DNA from: the human T2T-CHM13v2.0 reference genome, Homo sapiens
Direction: 5' to 3' (one strand)
DNA: 64,000 bases
Assembly: GCF_009914755.1 (NCBI RefSeq)
Contig: NC_060926.1
Below the pieces are notes generated by a model that saw only the letters and a program-made list of their open reading frames with translations, searched no databases and had not been told where the DNA came from. Within the stretch, counting starts at the first letter, position 1; every line of letters begins with the position of its first letter. Positions 13,271 to 24,820 of this stretch are shown piece after piece. Both the position numbers and the translations under genes were made by a program.

Positions 13271-13589
13271 CCTCTGTGGCTTTCCGATCCTTCCTTCCCT
13301 GGGGCATCACTGTGGGCTTTTTTCTGGAATCAAGCAGACCTGCCTATGAATAATTTCCCTTATGACGTTCAGAATGTACTCAGTTCAGACAACAGCATAA
13401 AATAGGTATCTTTTCTTTTTTTTTAAGGCAGAACTCTATTCTTCAAAGCCAAACGCCTCGTCGTTTGTTAATCGCTGATTGGGTGTAGGGCTCGTACACT
13501 ACGCTTCAGCTCGTGGTTCCGTGGCTTCCCAGTGCTGCACGGGATCGCAGTGAGGCCGCTTGTTTGAGGGGAGACCTGGTTCCTGCCTC

Positions 13590-13748
13590 TGGCTTCTCAT
13601 CCATATCACCGGAGTGCTTTTGAAAATGCATCTTTTCCCAAGCCCCATTCCCAGAGCTTCTGAATCAAAATCTGTATTTTTTGAAGCCACTAGTTCTAAA
13701 AAGCTCCACAGGAAATTCTGGTAATTGGCCAGATTTAAGAACTGCTAA
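13590..13748. mobile_element. MER5-family relic
   Basis: atcaccggagtgcttttgaaaatgca...ttctgaatcaaaatct...aagctccacagg...tttaagaactgct. Confidence 0.5.
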
Positions 13749-14546
13749 TATGGGCTGCGTATTTATTATAAAATCCTGCACTGTGAAAAACTTATGTTGA
13801 GACAGCTTAGAACTTAGCTGGTTCTGAACTAAAACAATTGGAAGAAAATTTTTTTTAAAAAAGCCCCAGTACCTCCGAAGATCTGCAAATAGACCTAACA
13901 GACTAATTCGCTGGCAGCAGGGTATGATTGGCTGAGCTTTAGAGAAAGGCACTTAATTATGTTTTTGAGTCTAAAATTGGTATGACCAGATAATAATTCA
14001 TTTTGATGTTGAGCAACTGATTCAAATCATTAAGTATACAATGGAATCATTTTTCATCACAGCCCCTGTGCTCTATGAAGTCACGCAGGTTGTTTTTCCT
14101 CTGCTTAGTCTTTTCAAGGTTAAGAGTAAACTTATCTGGTTGAAGAGCCTGCATTTCCTCCGTGTCGTGTCTAGGGACTTTGATTTGTGTTGATCATAAA
14201 GTATGGCTTCCCCATGAAAATAATCCTCTGGCACCAGACAGTTGACTCTCAATGGGTGATCATTTTCTGTTCCATTGGTAGGGTGACATGGCCGGGCTCC
14301 TGGAGCCCCCATCTTGCCGGCCTGCCGGATCGCGGTGTCTCTGCTAAGACTCGCTGGGTCTTTTGTCTTCACTTCCACTCGATGTTGCGGTTGCGGTTGG
14401 GTTGCGTCTTTGTATAGGGTTGTTCGGTGCGAGCCATCTGTGGCATCGGGTCCCTTCACATTGCTTTGTCAGGCACCATCAAGATTGGCGTCCCCCTTTT
14501 ATTCCTCCCGAATAGTTTCTGTCTGGCGCTTCCGTTTGCCATGCAG

Positions 14547-14570
14547 GCAGGACAGGGGCTGCTCTCGGTG
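14547..14570 (+). CDS. Candidate 24-nt microexon (GRTGAALG)
   Basis: tttctgtctggcgcttccgtttgccatgcag|GCAGGACAGGGGCTGCTCTCGGTG|gtaagg. Frame-preserving and stop-free in phase 1. Inferred from splice signals only. Confidence 0.5.
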
Positions 14571-14674
14571 GTAAGGTGCACTATGTGCCAGCGTGTGGGT
14601 CCCATAGACTAACTCGCGCTGGTTTCTGTGGTCTGCAGTCCGCGGTGGTGTTCACCTGACTTGTTTATTCCTAG

Positions 14675-14833
14675 GGAATGTCACTAGTGCATCTGGGTCT
14701 CAGATGGCAAGCGGCATCAGCCTGGTCTCCTTCAACAGCCGACCCGACGGCATGCACCAGCGCTCCTACTCAGTCTCCAGTGCCGACCAGTGGAGTGAGG
14801 CTACGGTCATTGCAAACTCGGCCATCAGCAGTG
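14675..14833 (+). CDS. AGAP1: AGAP1 159-nt coding exon (phase 1-1, 53 codons), cassette exon in the PH-domain insert
   Basis: Acceptor ttgtttattcctag|GG at 14674/14675 and donor G|gtaaga at 14833/14834. Translation (G)NVTSASGSQMASGISLVSFNSRPDGMHQRSYSVSSADQWSEATVIANSAISS. The length fits my recollection of the 53-aa difference between the long and short AGAP1 isoforms. Confidence 0.93.
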
Positions 14834-15059
14834 GTAAGAGGGGGCTCAGCCCCACGGACCCGCAGCCACCTCAAGGTCCTTCGTTGTAAGCCAGGGGCTG
14901 GACAGGACGCCCTAAGCTCTCATGCTCCTCTGGGAGCGCAGCACCCTGTGGGGCGGCTGCATCAGAGACTCACATCTTGCCTTTCATCTGTGGAACGTTT
15001 TGTCCTTGCTAGGCTGTCTTGCCCCTGTCATCTCATCTGTTCCTCTTTGGCACAGGGAG

Positions 15060-15195
15060 GAGGTAGTCATCCCATTTGGTCAGTTTGGAAACTGAGGCGG
15101 CAGACAGGGCAACTGGCTTACCCAGGGTCACGTGACAGAAGTGGCAGCGCTGAGAAATAAGATCTGATTTTATCTCCCCAATCACACTGCCCTAC
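15060..15195 (-). mobile_element. MIR relic
   Basis: cccattt...ggaaactgaggc...cccagggtcac...agaagtggcag. Confidence 0.6.
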
Positions 15196-17443
15196 GTGGC
15201 GTGGCCCACACTCTTCCACCACTAGTGCACATTTTATATCATTAGGGTGAATTCAGTCTCCTTGTCTGTTTTCCAGAATTCCTGGTGTACCCTCTAAATT
15301 CTGGAGTCCCCTTTGTAATCCTTCAGTTTTCAAATTCCTTTGGCATTATTATTATTATTATTATTTTGACAAGTGTATCCAGCTTTTTGGGGAATAAGCA
15401 TGCACGTTGGAAACGATCTCGCCGTCTGTGTGGAGCGTGAATGACGCAGCACCGAGGGCACCCTGGTGGCTGCAGCAGGGTTTGCCTGTGGCGTTTTGTC
15501 TCTGGCCTGTTCACCGGTATTTAAAGGAATTCCCACTGTTGTATGTAATCTATCAGACGGGGTTTTAGAGTAATCTTAGCATAATTTGTTCTAATTAAAA
15601 GATTCAGCATCAGGTCTTCCCTGTAGACCCACCAGCTGCTGCAGCAGGACGTTTGCTTTGGGTAAACATCATCCTTATTTCTAGTGGCTCCGCAGACGCC
15701 ACCAAGCAGAAGCCTTAAAGGAAGACATCTCCAAACCAAGCCGGGAGACGCGGAGTCAGCGAGGTAGCTCCACACCATAGCGGTGCGGGTCTGGAAGAGC
15801 CTTGTGACTTGGAGCAGACACACACAGCGTCACGCGGCTGCCCCGGCTGGCCCATTCCCATCCCAGCGCCAGGGCTTGCTCCTTCCCTCAAAAGAAGGTG
15901 CTTTGTTAGATAGCAAAGATCTGCCTGCAGCTTCTTCAAGGGCTCTCTAAGGCTCTCTGCCTCATCTGGAATCACGATGATAACCCTGAAAACCCCAAAC
16001 AAGGAGGTTTGAAGTTATGATAAATTAACCGTCTACAGTTTACTCTCTTTGTAACCACTGCATGCCCCAGCGGGCCTGGTAGTCAGCCTTTCATCAGCCC
16101 TGTGTGTGCTGCAGCTGAAGCCCCGCCACCTGCCAGCCAGGCAGCCTAGGATGAGCCTCCGTACCTCCATGAGCCTCCGTTTTCTTATCTGTTCAATGGA
16201 CACGTTCTCCCCTCCCTTACGTAGAAGTTAGGCATGTGCCACAACACAGGACAGTAGGCTCTTCGTGACTGAAGAACCACTGTTAATCATGGTTCCTTTA
16301 GGAGGAGCAGAGAGTTCACATACTCGTTTCATTATCAAATACTTTAAAATATGTATTATCAATTAGTATTACTATTTGATAAGGTTTCATTCTGTGGCCG
16401 CCATCTCGTGAAGGTGTTCTTGCATAGGGCCACGTTTGAGGGCGTGGGGAGATGCACGCTGGGCCTTCTGGAGCCAGGTGCACAGGTGACACGGACAAGG
16501 CCTTGCCTTACCAAGCAGCCTCTGCTGAGTGAGAGTAGTCTAGGTGCCAATAATACAGGTGTTTAAGTATTCATCTAAAATTCATCCTATACAGATTTTC
16601 CTTTTGCACACTTACCTGTTTGATAAAAACTCACTAGGTAACTTTCCCTCTACTGAATAGCTCTTTCTGTTGAGCTGTACGTATGTGCAGTGGGCGTTTC
16701 CACACCGCCACATCGTGAGACACTGCTTTCCAGAGCCTCCGTTTGGTTGGAAGTCTCTTTCCATGGAAGTGGGCTGCATTGTCTGCACGCATGCATTTGT
16801 ACAGTACCCATGTGAGACTAAAGTCGCCTACGTTTGAATGCCAGTTTTTTATTCACAAAGCAATTTCTATAATATTAACACACGTGGGTGTCCATTAAAG
16901 ACCAGTATGCTCCCTGACCTCGTAAATCTTGAACCCTGAACATAGAAGATAAGAAACAAGCAAGCGGATGCCCCAGGTGTCAGCCTGCTGAGGGACATGG
17001 AAGGAGAGCTGTAGGGAGAGCCCAGGGCTGAAATTGTGCAGGTCGTTTAAGGATTGATAGAGTTGATCAAGGAAAGCTTCCCAAAGAAAATCAAACTTGA
17101 GAAATGCTTAAAGAACCAGATGGATTTTTTTGTGCAAAACAGCAGGAGGAAGTTATTATAAGCATTGGGGCACTTCGGACAAAGACCCAGAGAGGAGGAA
17201 AAGGGAAGATGGAATAGCCACGAGCCGCAGTGAAGTGAAAGGTGATAGTTGGGGTGCAGAAAAATGAGGAGAGACCAGAAGAGATGAGTGTTGAGAGCCC
17301 AGCACTGCCAAATTAGCATCTGATTTTCAGACTTGGGAGCTGACATTTTACAGAGCAAAGATCCAGAAAGACAGCAGAATGGTGCACAGAAGTCTGATTC
17401 CTACAGCTTTATGGGGGTCTTGGTTGATTCCTGTATTTTCTAA

Positions 17444-17740
<297 letters not shown>

Positions 17741-17794
17741 TTTCTAAGGATTAATAGTATGTCATACCGGAAATATTTTGAAAAGGGAGACAAT

Positions 17795-17995
17795 AATCGT
17801 AATAATAAGAGCTACAGTTTATTGAGGGCTTTATGTAGATAATCTCATTTGATCCTCACAGAGTAGATCCTGTTGTTACCTGCCTTCTACAGGGGCTGCC
17901 TTTGGTACAGAAGGATTAAATGTCACTTGCTCAAAGTCACATCCTGTGAGGGGCCAGGATTCAAACTCAGGTGGCCCGATTCAGCTCTCCATCAC
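17795..17995 (-). mobile_element. MIR relic
   Basis: tttattgagggct...tctcatttgatcctcaca...acttgctcaaagtcaca...gccaggattcaaactcagg. Confidence 0.7.
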
Positions 17996-17999
17996 TGCA

Positions 18000-18290
18000 T
18001 GTCAAGGTGTGCCTCCAGGAGCAGCAGCAGCAGCAGCCCCTGGGAACTGCTTAGAAATGTTGATCTCAGGCCCTGTCTCAGTCCCACTGAATCCAGTCCT
18101 CAGGGGATGGGACCAGGCAACCTGTGTATAGCAAGCCCTCTGGGATCACATGGCATGCTGAAGCTTGGGAACCACTGCTGTAAGTCCTCACTTCCCAAAG
18201 CCTGGTCCACGGACCAAGTGGCATTTGACAGCTCCGGGGATTTGGCTGGTGATGCAGAATTCAGGCTCCACCCAGGCCTGCTGGACGCAT
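18000..18290. mobile_element. Two adjacent MER5A-like relics
   Basis: cagcagcagcccctgggaactgcttagaaatg...gggaaccactg, then cttcccaaagcctggtccacggacc...gatgcagaattcaggc. Confidence 0.65.
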
Positions 18291-21200
18291 CCTTGTCTGT
18301 CTGCGCCGAGGGTACCATCCCGGCGTCCCTCTGGTTCGCGTCATTCCCCCCTTTAGTGTGCTGCTTCGTCAAGTGGCCAGACCCCAGCAATGTTTAGTGA
18401 ACACCAGGGCACAGGATCTGATGGACAACTTCCAGAAAACGTGTTTATGAATGGATTTCAAGACTCAGCCTTGGCATAAACATTCCCTGCAGGGCTTAGA
18501 AAATAATCACAGAAGAAACAAACATGATTAAGAGCTTTCTGTCATGCTCTTTCTTCTTAAGTTGCCGGTGATATAAGTCCCCCCTGCCCCCACTTCCTTT
18601 TCGAATGTATCTGCCCCCATCCCTAGTCTTTGGTTTGGATTTCAGAGTCGCTTACTCTGTGCTGGCAGCAGGAATGAATGGGGAGAGCCTAAGCAGCTTT
18701 GGAATACAGACGCCCGTGTTGGCAAGTGTGCCTTCCCATTGTTGTGCACTCTTACTCTAAAACATAATAATCACGGCAACATTGGGATTCACTGTTTCTC
18801 CGCCCCCCGTCCACCCTAAATTAAGACTTTGGCTCTGGAGAACTTTTCAAAGTCTCCTCTCTAGACACACCGGTCCCCCCGGGGTTTCTTCCTTTAAAGC
18901 AGCTGTGAGAAACTCCTAATTAGATAGATTCCTTTGTAGGGGCAACCTACAAAACAGGAGGTGCTGCTTAAATTAAGGGAAGAAGAAAAGAATCCATTTC
19001 GTGAAATGGAATGCCCACTGCTTTATGACTATTACTGTTGTAAGGTTTCACATTTAAGTACCTGAGGTTTAAAATTAAATGTCTAATATAATTTGGCGTT
19101 GCTAACATGAGACCTGCATCTGCCCTTAGAGAAAATGCAGACAGCTCGGTTGAGGGTTTCAAATTGCCGTCTGCCGGCTTGCAAGCCGCACGGAGGATTG
19201 GATCCCTCCTCTGCTGAGTACCACATGCTGCTGAGCGTAATTTTTTAAATGCAGAAACATATTCATCTTGAGCCTCTGCATTGAAAAAGGCCGTTCCAGG
19301 AGTACATGAAAAATTAATTTTTTTACATTTTTTCCCACTCTTCTAAGTGTTTGACAGAAGTAATTTTTGCAGCAAGAGAGAATAAAAACTGGTGGCTGTA
19401 AATTCCTGTCCTGCAACCTCTTGTGTAGATTCTTTATGGACCCAGAATTGATCTACATGTCAGATCCTGTTGTGGTTTAAACTGTTTATCACTGTAATGG
19501 CAGTAGTGAGCCCGTGACCACCAACTTATAATCCTGGGTGAAAGAAATTGGTGTTTGCAGTCAATGAAGAGGCAGCTTTGCTTTATTGATAGATTCAGAA
19601 CAATTATCTCTGCAACAACTATTGGCTGAGGGTTCTCTTGAATCTTATTGGAAGCCTGTAATTTTTTTTGATTAATCATTTCCTCCATAGGTAATTTCCT
19701 CTAGAAGCGTTAGCCACGAGTCAGCATCACTGTGGGTAGCAGGGGCCCTGGGGGGTCGTATGTGGCATACTTGGCCGTCCTGTCTTACTTCAAGACAAGA
19801 TGCACGTTGAGATGCGTCACACCTGTCCTCAGGGCCAGAGTGCTCACCTGCCTGCCTGCCTCCTGAGTACCTGGGTGAGCCTGGCCCGGCCCTCCCCGCT
19901 GGCTCCTGCCTGGGCCAGCCTCGTCGGGTGGTCTCAGCTAATGCTGTTGCCATGGCAGCCTCGCTCCCCCAGCCCTGGACTGTCAGGTTCTTCTGATAGC
20001 TCCACCCCATCCCCGATTGCTTCAGTCCAACAGTTTATCTTCTGCCACGCTGACTGGCCATCACTGTTAATACTGCATTTCTTCACGTGACTCTTCCATG
20101 TGGCTCTTGAGCCTCACTTCCCTCGGCCTCCCCCAGGCCACCACGCAGCCTCGTCACCATCGAGCACAAACACCATGTCCATCTTCCACATGGAAGGAGT
20201 GTATCACATGTGTGTGTGTACGGGTGTATGCTCTGGTCCCTGTTTCCTTCTGGCCACGTAATCATTATATCTTTCCAGTAGACTCTGTGGTTATAAAGCA
20301 GCCGATCCTCAATGGAAAGCATTTGAGTTTTTGCCAGCTTTTAAATGTCTTTTCTCATTATAAAAATGTTTTGCACGTCGATTTTGATGATGGGGGTTCG
20401 AAACATGAGTTTCAGCTTCGGAAGCTGTCTGTCCCACACTTACTTTCGGAGCCAATGCATTTGAACCACACTTTCCAGCAAGCATGTCCACACCATTCAT
20501 CAATTTTAATCATTATAGTTGGAGCATTTTTTTTCTCTTCTTGGATATTATACTGACAATTTTAGTGTATGACCAGCAGGCGGCGGTAATGTGATACTGC
20601 CGGTCTCTGACCTGGAAGCTTCTTTGATGGGAGGGTATCAGTGAAGCGTGGTGGGGAGGAAATACATGTGTTGACAGCCTCCGCTGTTGTGACCTTCATG
20701 CCTAACACTCGTTTCCCTGGGGATCATCATCTCTGATAACTGAGCTTCCAAAAGGCTGAGAAACCAAGACCATACTTATCATTATTAGCCAAAATTCAAA
20801 CCCAGATCTTTCTGATTTCAAAGCTTGTAATCATTCCCCTCTGCTTTTTTTTTTTTAAGGAGAAACGCATGCTTAGTACTAAAACATTGTATCATAAAAA
20901 TTGTTTGTCTTTTGATAGCGCTTGCTTTTCAAGGAAATATGTTCTAAGATGGATAGACATTTTGTCTTCTCTCACTGATGCTGAAGTTTCCTTTATCAAT
21001 TCTTCCCAAATCTTGGCTGGCATTCAAAAGCGTTCCCTGGGGGTTGTCATCAACCTTCAGCTTAGCTCAGTGTTAAAGGCCCCTGGGCTCTCATCTCTCA
21101 AAGCTGGGCACTCCCTGCCTCACCGCCGGGAGGGCTGCTCGGCTCGCCAGGCTGGCCGGCCTAATTAAAAGGCTGACCCCGCTCCCTTCTGTGCTCGGAG

Positions 21201-21590
21201 CCTGCTTTCCTGTCTCTGCATGTGGCCGAGGAGCAGGCAGAAGCGTCCTGGGGTAACTGGACACAGGGGGTGAAAGGTGGATTTTTTTTCCTCCCAATCA
21301 GAATGTTGTAACTTTGTACTTTGTCTCCTTAGTTCCTTCCTATCAGCTATTTTCAGCAGTAGCTGCTGACCAGGGGAAACAGAGGACAGTGAAATGCTGC
21401 CCCATGATCAAAACCGAACAGGGGCAGCACATTTCATTCCCGAAGACCAGAAATCTTCATGTTGTTGCAAGGCAAAAAAAATCTAGAAATGCTTGTAAAC
21501 AGGGAGTAGAGAAGGATATTGTTGCTAGTTGCTGTAGTGCCCGGACCAGACCTCTTGGCCCTCTGGCCCTCGGCGTGTCTTCACCTATTC

Positions 21591-21808
21591 CAGGGGCTCG
21601 CAGCCAGGGGTGATTTTGTCTCCTTGGGACAGTTCGTGATGTCCGGAGGCATTTTTGGTTGTCACATAGGGGAGGGTGATGCTACTGGAAGCTAGTGGGT
21701 AGAAGCCACCAGGGTGCTGCTGAGTGTGCCACGGGGCAGAGACCAGCCCCCCACAGCCAAGAGTTATTCAGCCCAAAACACCAGCGGTGCCACGGTCAGG
21801 AAGCCCCG
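21591..21808 (+). mobile_element. MER20 DNA transposon
   Basis: ggggtgattttg...atttttggttgtcaca...tgctactgg...ctagtgggtaga...gagttattcagcccaaaa. Confidence 0.85.
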
Positions 21809-22094
21809 ATCTGGACAATGAAAGTTTCGCTTCCTTGGCCCCTTCCAGCTGCGGTTGCTGCGTTGCACAGTAATTCAGTAAGAATCCTTCCCAAAGAAAG
21901 GAAAGCCGGTTTCTGGTTTGCAAGAGGGTCACTGCAGCCAACCCAGAGCAGTGCCTGATCCTCAGGGTGCTTTCCACACAGCTTCTCAGAGCATCCGCCT
22001 GGCGGCACGGCCGGTTCAGCGGCAGTCCTGCTGCCACCAGCGTAGATGTGATGTAACATTCATGGAACTCACTGCTTGCCAGGCACAGGCCCCC

Positions 22095-22171
22095 AGGAGA
22101 TGAGTGCCAGAGCCTTCCCTGCTTCAGATGAGGAGATGAGTGCCAGAGCCTTACCCGCTTCAGATGAGGAA
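22095..22171 (+). repeat. 36-bp tandem duplication
   Basis: aggagatgagtgccagagcctt(c/a)cc(t/c)gcttcagatg occurs twice. Confidence 0.9.
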
Positions 22172-22789
22172 GCAGGGGCAGAAGGCAGTTGGGCCTATCG
22201 CAGCAGCAGGTCGGTGGTCAAGGCTAGATTCAAACAGCCTGTGTCATAATTGTCACTAAGCTGTTCTCCTGCCCACCCGACCGCCTCCAAGAACGCTGGG
22301 TGCGCAGCGTGTCCCCCTGCTGCGCGTATGAAGACAGGGAGGGTGAGGCCATCAGATGTGTGGATGCCACAAGCTGAGACATAATCTACATTGAAATCTC
22401 CAGATTTAGAGACTACAAAATGGGTTGAAACTAACAAATTGAAACAGAGATAAAATCTTGAATTCAGGCTCAACAAACCAACAGTACAGATAATGGAACA
22501 GGAGTACCGGACCTGGTGGGGAAGGCTTGGGTGTGGTTTGTCTGCAGAAACGCTGTCAAGACTTACATTCTGCACTAAGAGGACGAGAGAGGTTCTGAAT
22601 GTCTCACTGGGCTCCGAGGATCCTTTCGGGGGCCACATTTTGAGAAAGACATCGGCACACTGGGAAGCACATGAAGCGGAGGGCCGAGATGGGGAGAGGG
22701 GCCTGAAACCCACAACACCTAGCGTGGCTGAAAACCTGGGAGGGCCGGAGGACCCTCTCAGGAAGGCGTCGTCCAATGGCTGCCCATTA

Positions 22790-22930
22790 TATTCTTGGGG
22801 GCGATTTTTAAAAATACTTGTTCCTGGGGCCAGCCGCTAGAGATCTAGTCCATTTGGCCTGGGATGGAACCCAAGCAGTGGAATGTCCCCCAGGGGTTTC
22901 AGATGCGCAGCCAGGGTTGAGAAGCTCTTT
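22790..22930. mobile_element. MER5B-like relic
   Basis: tttttaaaaatac...ggcctgggatgg...cccagggg...gatgcgcagccagggttgagaa. Confidence 0.55.
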
Positions 22931-23249
22931 CAGAGGGACCTGAATGATGTGTGTGAATGGTGGTTATAGGACAAAATCTGATCCTGATTCTGTATAAACC
23001 CAGAGAATTGAACTGGGAGCAATGGGTAGGATTTGCAGGAAAGACAACTTTGACACCAAGTAGTATGATGCAGTGAGACAGGTCCCAGCGACTGTTTCCA
23101 GCCTTCTCCTCTGGCATCTCTGCCTTCCTCTCCCTTGCCTGAAGGCCCTCTGCATCCTTTCCCGATGAAACTGGGGAACGTCCCCACTTCTCTCCCATGC
23201 CAAAACCCATGCCTCTCCAGCCTCTGGAGCTTCCATGTATGATCTGTTC

Positions 23250-24820
23250 CTGCTTGGACATGGGGTAGGGCATCCCTTCCACCTCTGAACTCATCACCTC
23301 TCATCTTCCAAGGGACTCTGCTTCCGCGGACACCCTCTCTCCTGTCCCAGCGGTTTCTCCCAGGTATTGGATCACTCCCTTCAGCTTACATACCTGCTCG
23401 GCCATCGCTCAGCCCAACACCATGGCCCTCTGCAGTTTCCACCTCTCCTTCTATTCTCCTTCTCACCACACGTTCCAGGACACTCGTCTGTCCTCAGCTA
23501 CCACCCACATTCTCTTCAACCCTCTCCCATGTGTCATCAGCCCAGCACCCTCCAACACTGCTCTCATCCACTTCAGTCCCAGGAGCACCCCTTGGTTCCC
23601 GTGGTAATCTTCATAGTGGGAGACCTGCTGACTCCACATCTTGCTTGAAACCCTCTCTCCTCTGGGCTTCTCTGAAGACACACACAGGTTTTTCCTGCTG
23701 CTCTCTGGCTGCCCCCTGTGTCATCCTCCTTTACCAGCAGACCTCAGACGATAGATGTGGCCCAGAACTCAGCTCTCTCCTGTCCTCCCTGCACTCCTCT
23801 TGAAATAGGCCTGACCATTCCTCTAGACTCAGAAGATACCCAAATTCACATCCCCAGCCATGACTCCTCTCTCCTCATTGAACGCAGGTAAGCAGCTACC
23901 TGCTCGGAGGGGAGTTGGGCGGCTCATGCTCAGCATATTTGAAGAACTCCAGCTTTCATCCAGAGCGTCTGTTTCTCACCCACCTTTTCACCATCTATCC
24001 TCCCAGTAGTTCAAAACACACCCAAAGCATCACTTGCACACCCTCCCTCGGCCTCACCTCACAGTCTGTTCATTTGCTTGGTTCCCTCCACTTGACCTCC
24101 AAGAATACCAGCTGGGTTTGTCCTGTACCTCCACCTCCTCTGTGTTCCCCTGGTCCTTCTGCTGCGTCGGTCCTAACTCATCTCTGGCCTGTCATTCTTA
24201 CTTCCCAAAAGTCCTCTCTCTCTGCAGCCAAATTCACCTTTTAAAAAAACAAAACATGAGCCAGATTGCCACTCCCCACACCCACTCCAGTGGCTTCCCA
24301 CTGCCAGTGGAATAGATTCCCAATTCTTGATTTCTGGCTGACAAGGCCCCAGCTGGTCTGACCCCTGTTTTTTGACCGCCTCTCCATGGCTCCAGCCGGC
24401 GGCTTTGCTGAGATCTGGGATGAGTCATCCACCAGATAGTTCAGGCTTCCGCCCAGACGTCAGCTCCAGCGTGTGTACATCACTGCAGACAGCCACTCTC
24501 CATCCCATTCTTTGCGGTTACCCAGACTTCTTGTTTTTCTCAGCATGTATTGTGGCCTGACTTACTCTGGACACATTCTTGTTCGACTCCTACCCAGTCA
24601 CAAGTGGTCATCCTGCCCCTGGCATCTTGAATTGTTTTCCTAGCATCTGTCACTATCTGAAATGATCCTGTTTGCTTATGTGTCTTCTGCAGTAATTCTA
24701 ACTCCACCACAGAGAGGGGCTTCAGGGTCTTGTCTGTCTCCACTTTCTTGACTACCTGGAGCTGTGTCCATCCCATCATCACAATGTCATTGCACGGTAA
24801 TATGCTGAGTTAGTGAATGA
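23250..24820 (+). mobile_element. Long degenerate L2 LINE
   Basis: C/T-rich L2-type text (tacccaaattcacatccccagcc, ctccagtggcttccca, ctccaccacagagaggggc) ending in gagttagtgaatga. Confidence 0.65.

Noticed and set aside
14704-14889. 61-aa ORF starting MASGISLV as an independent small protein
   Set aside because: The Met is internal to the AGAP1 exon, and the tail reads through the donor at 14834.
22195-22776. Long ORFs of 170-196 aa (also 12631-13185, 17873-18397, 34065-34655, 45039-45587)
   Set aside because: No recognisable domain, low-complexity composition expected in GC-rich intron, and several overlap repeats.
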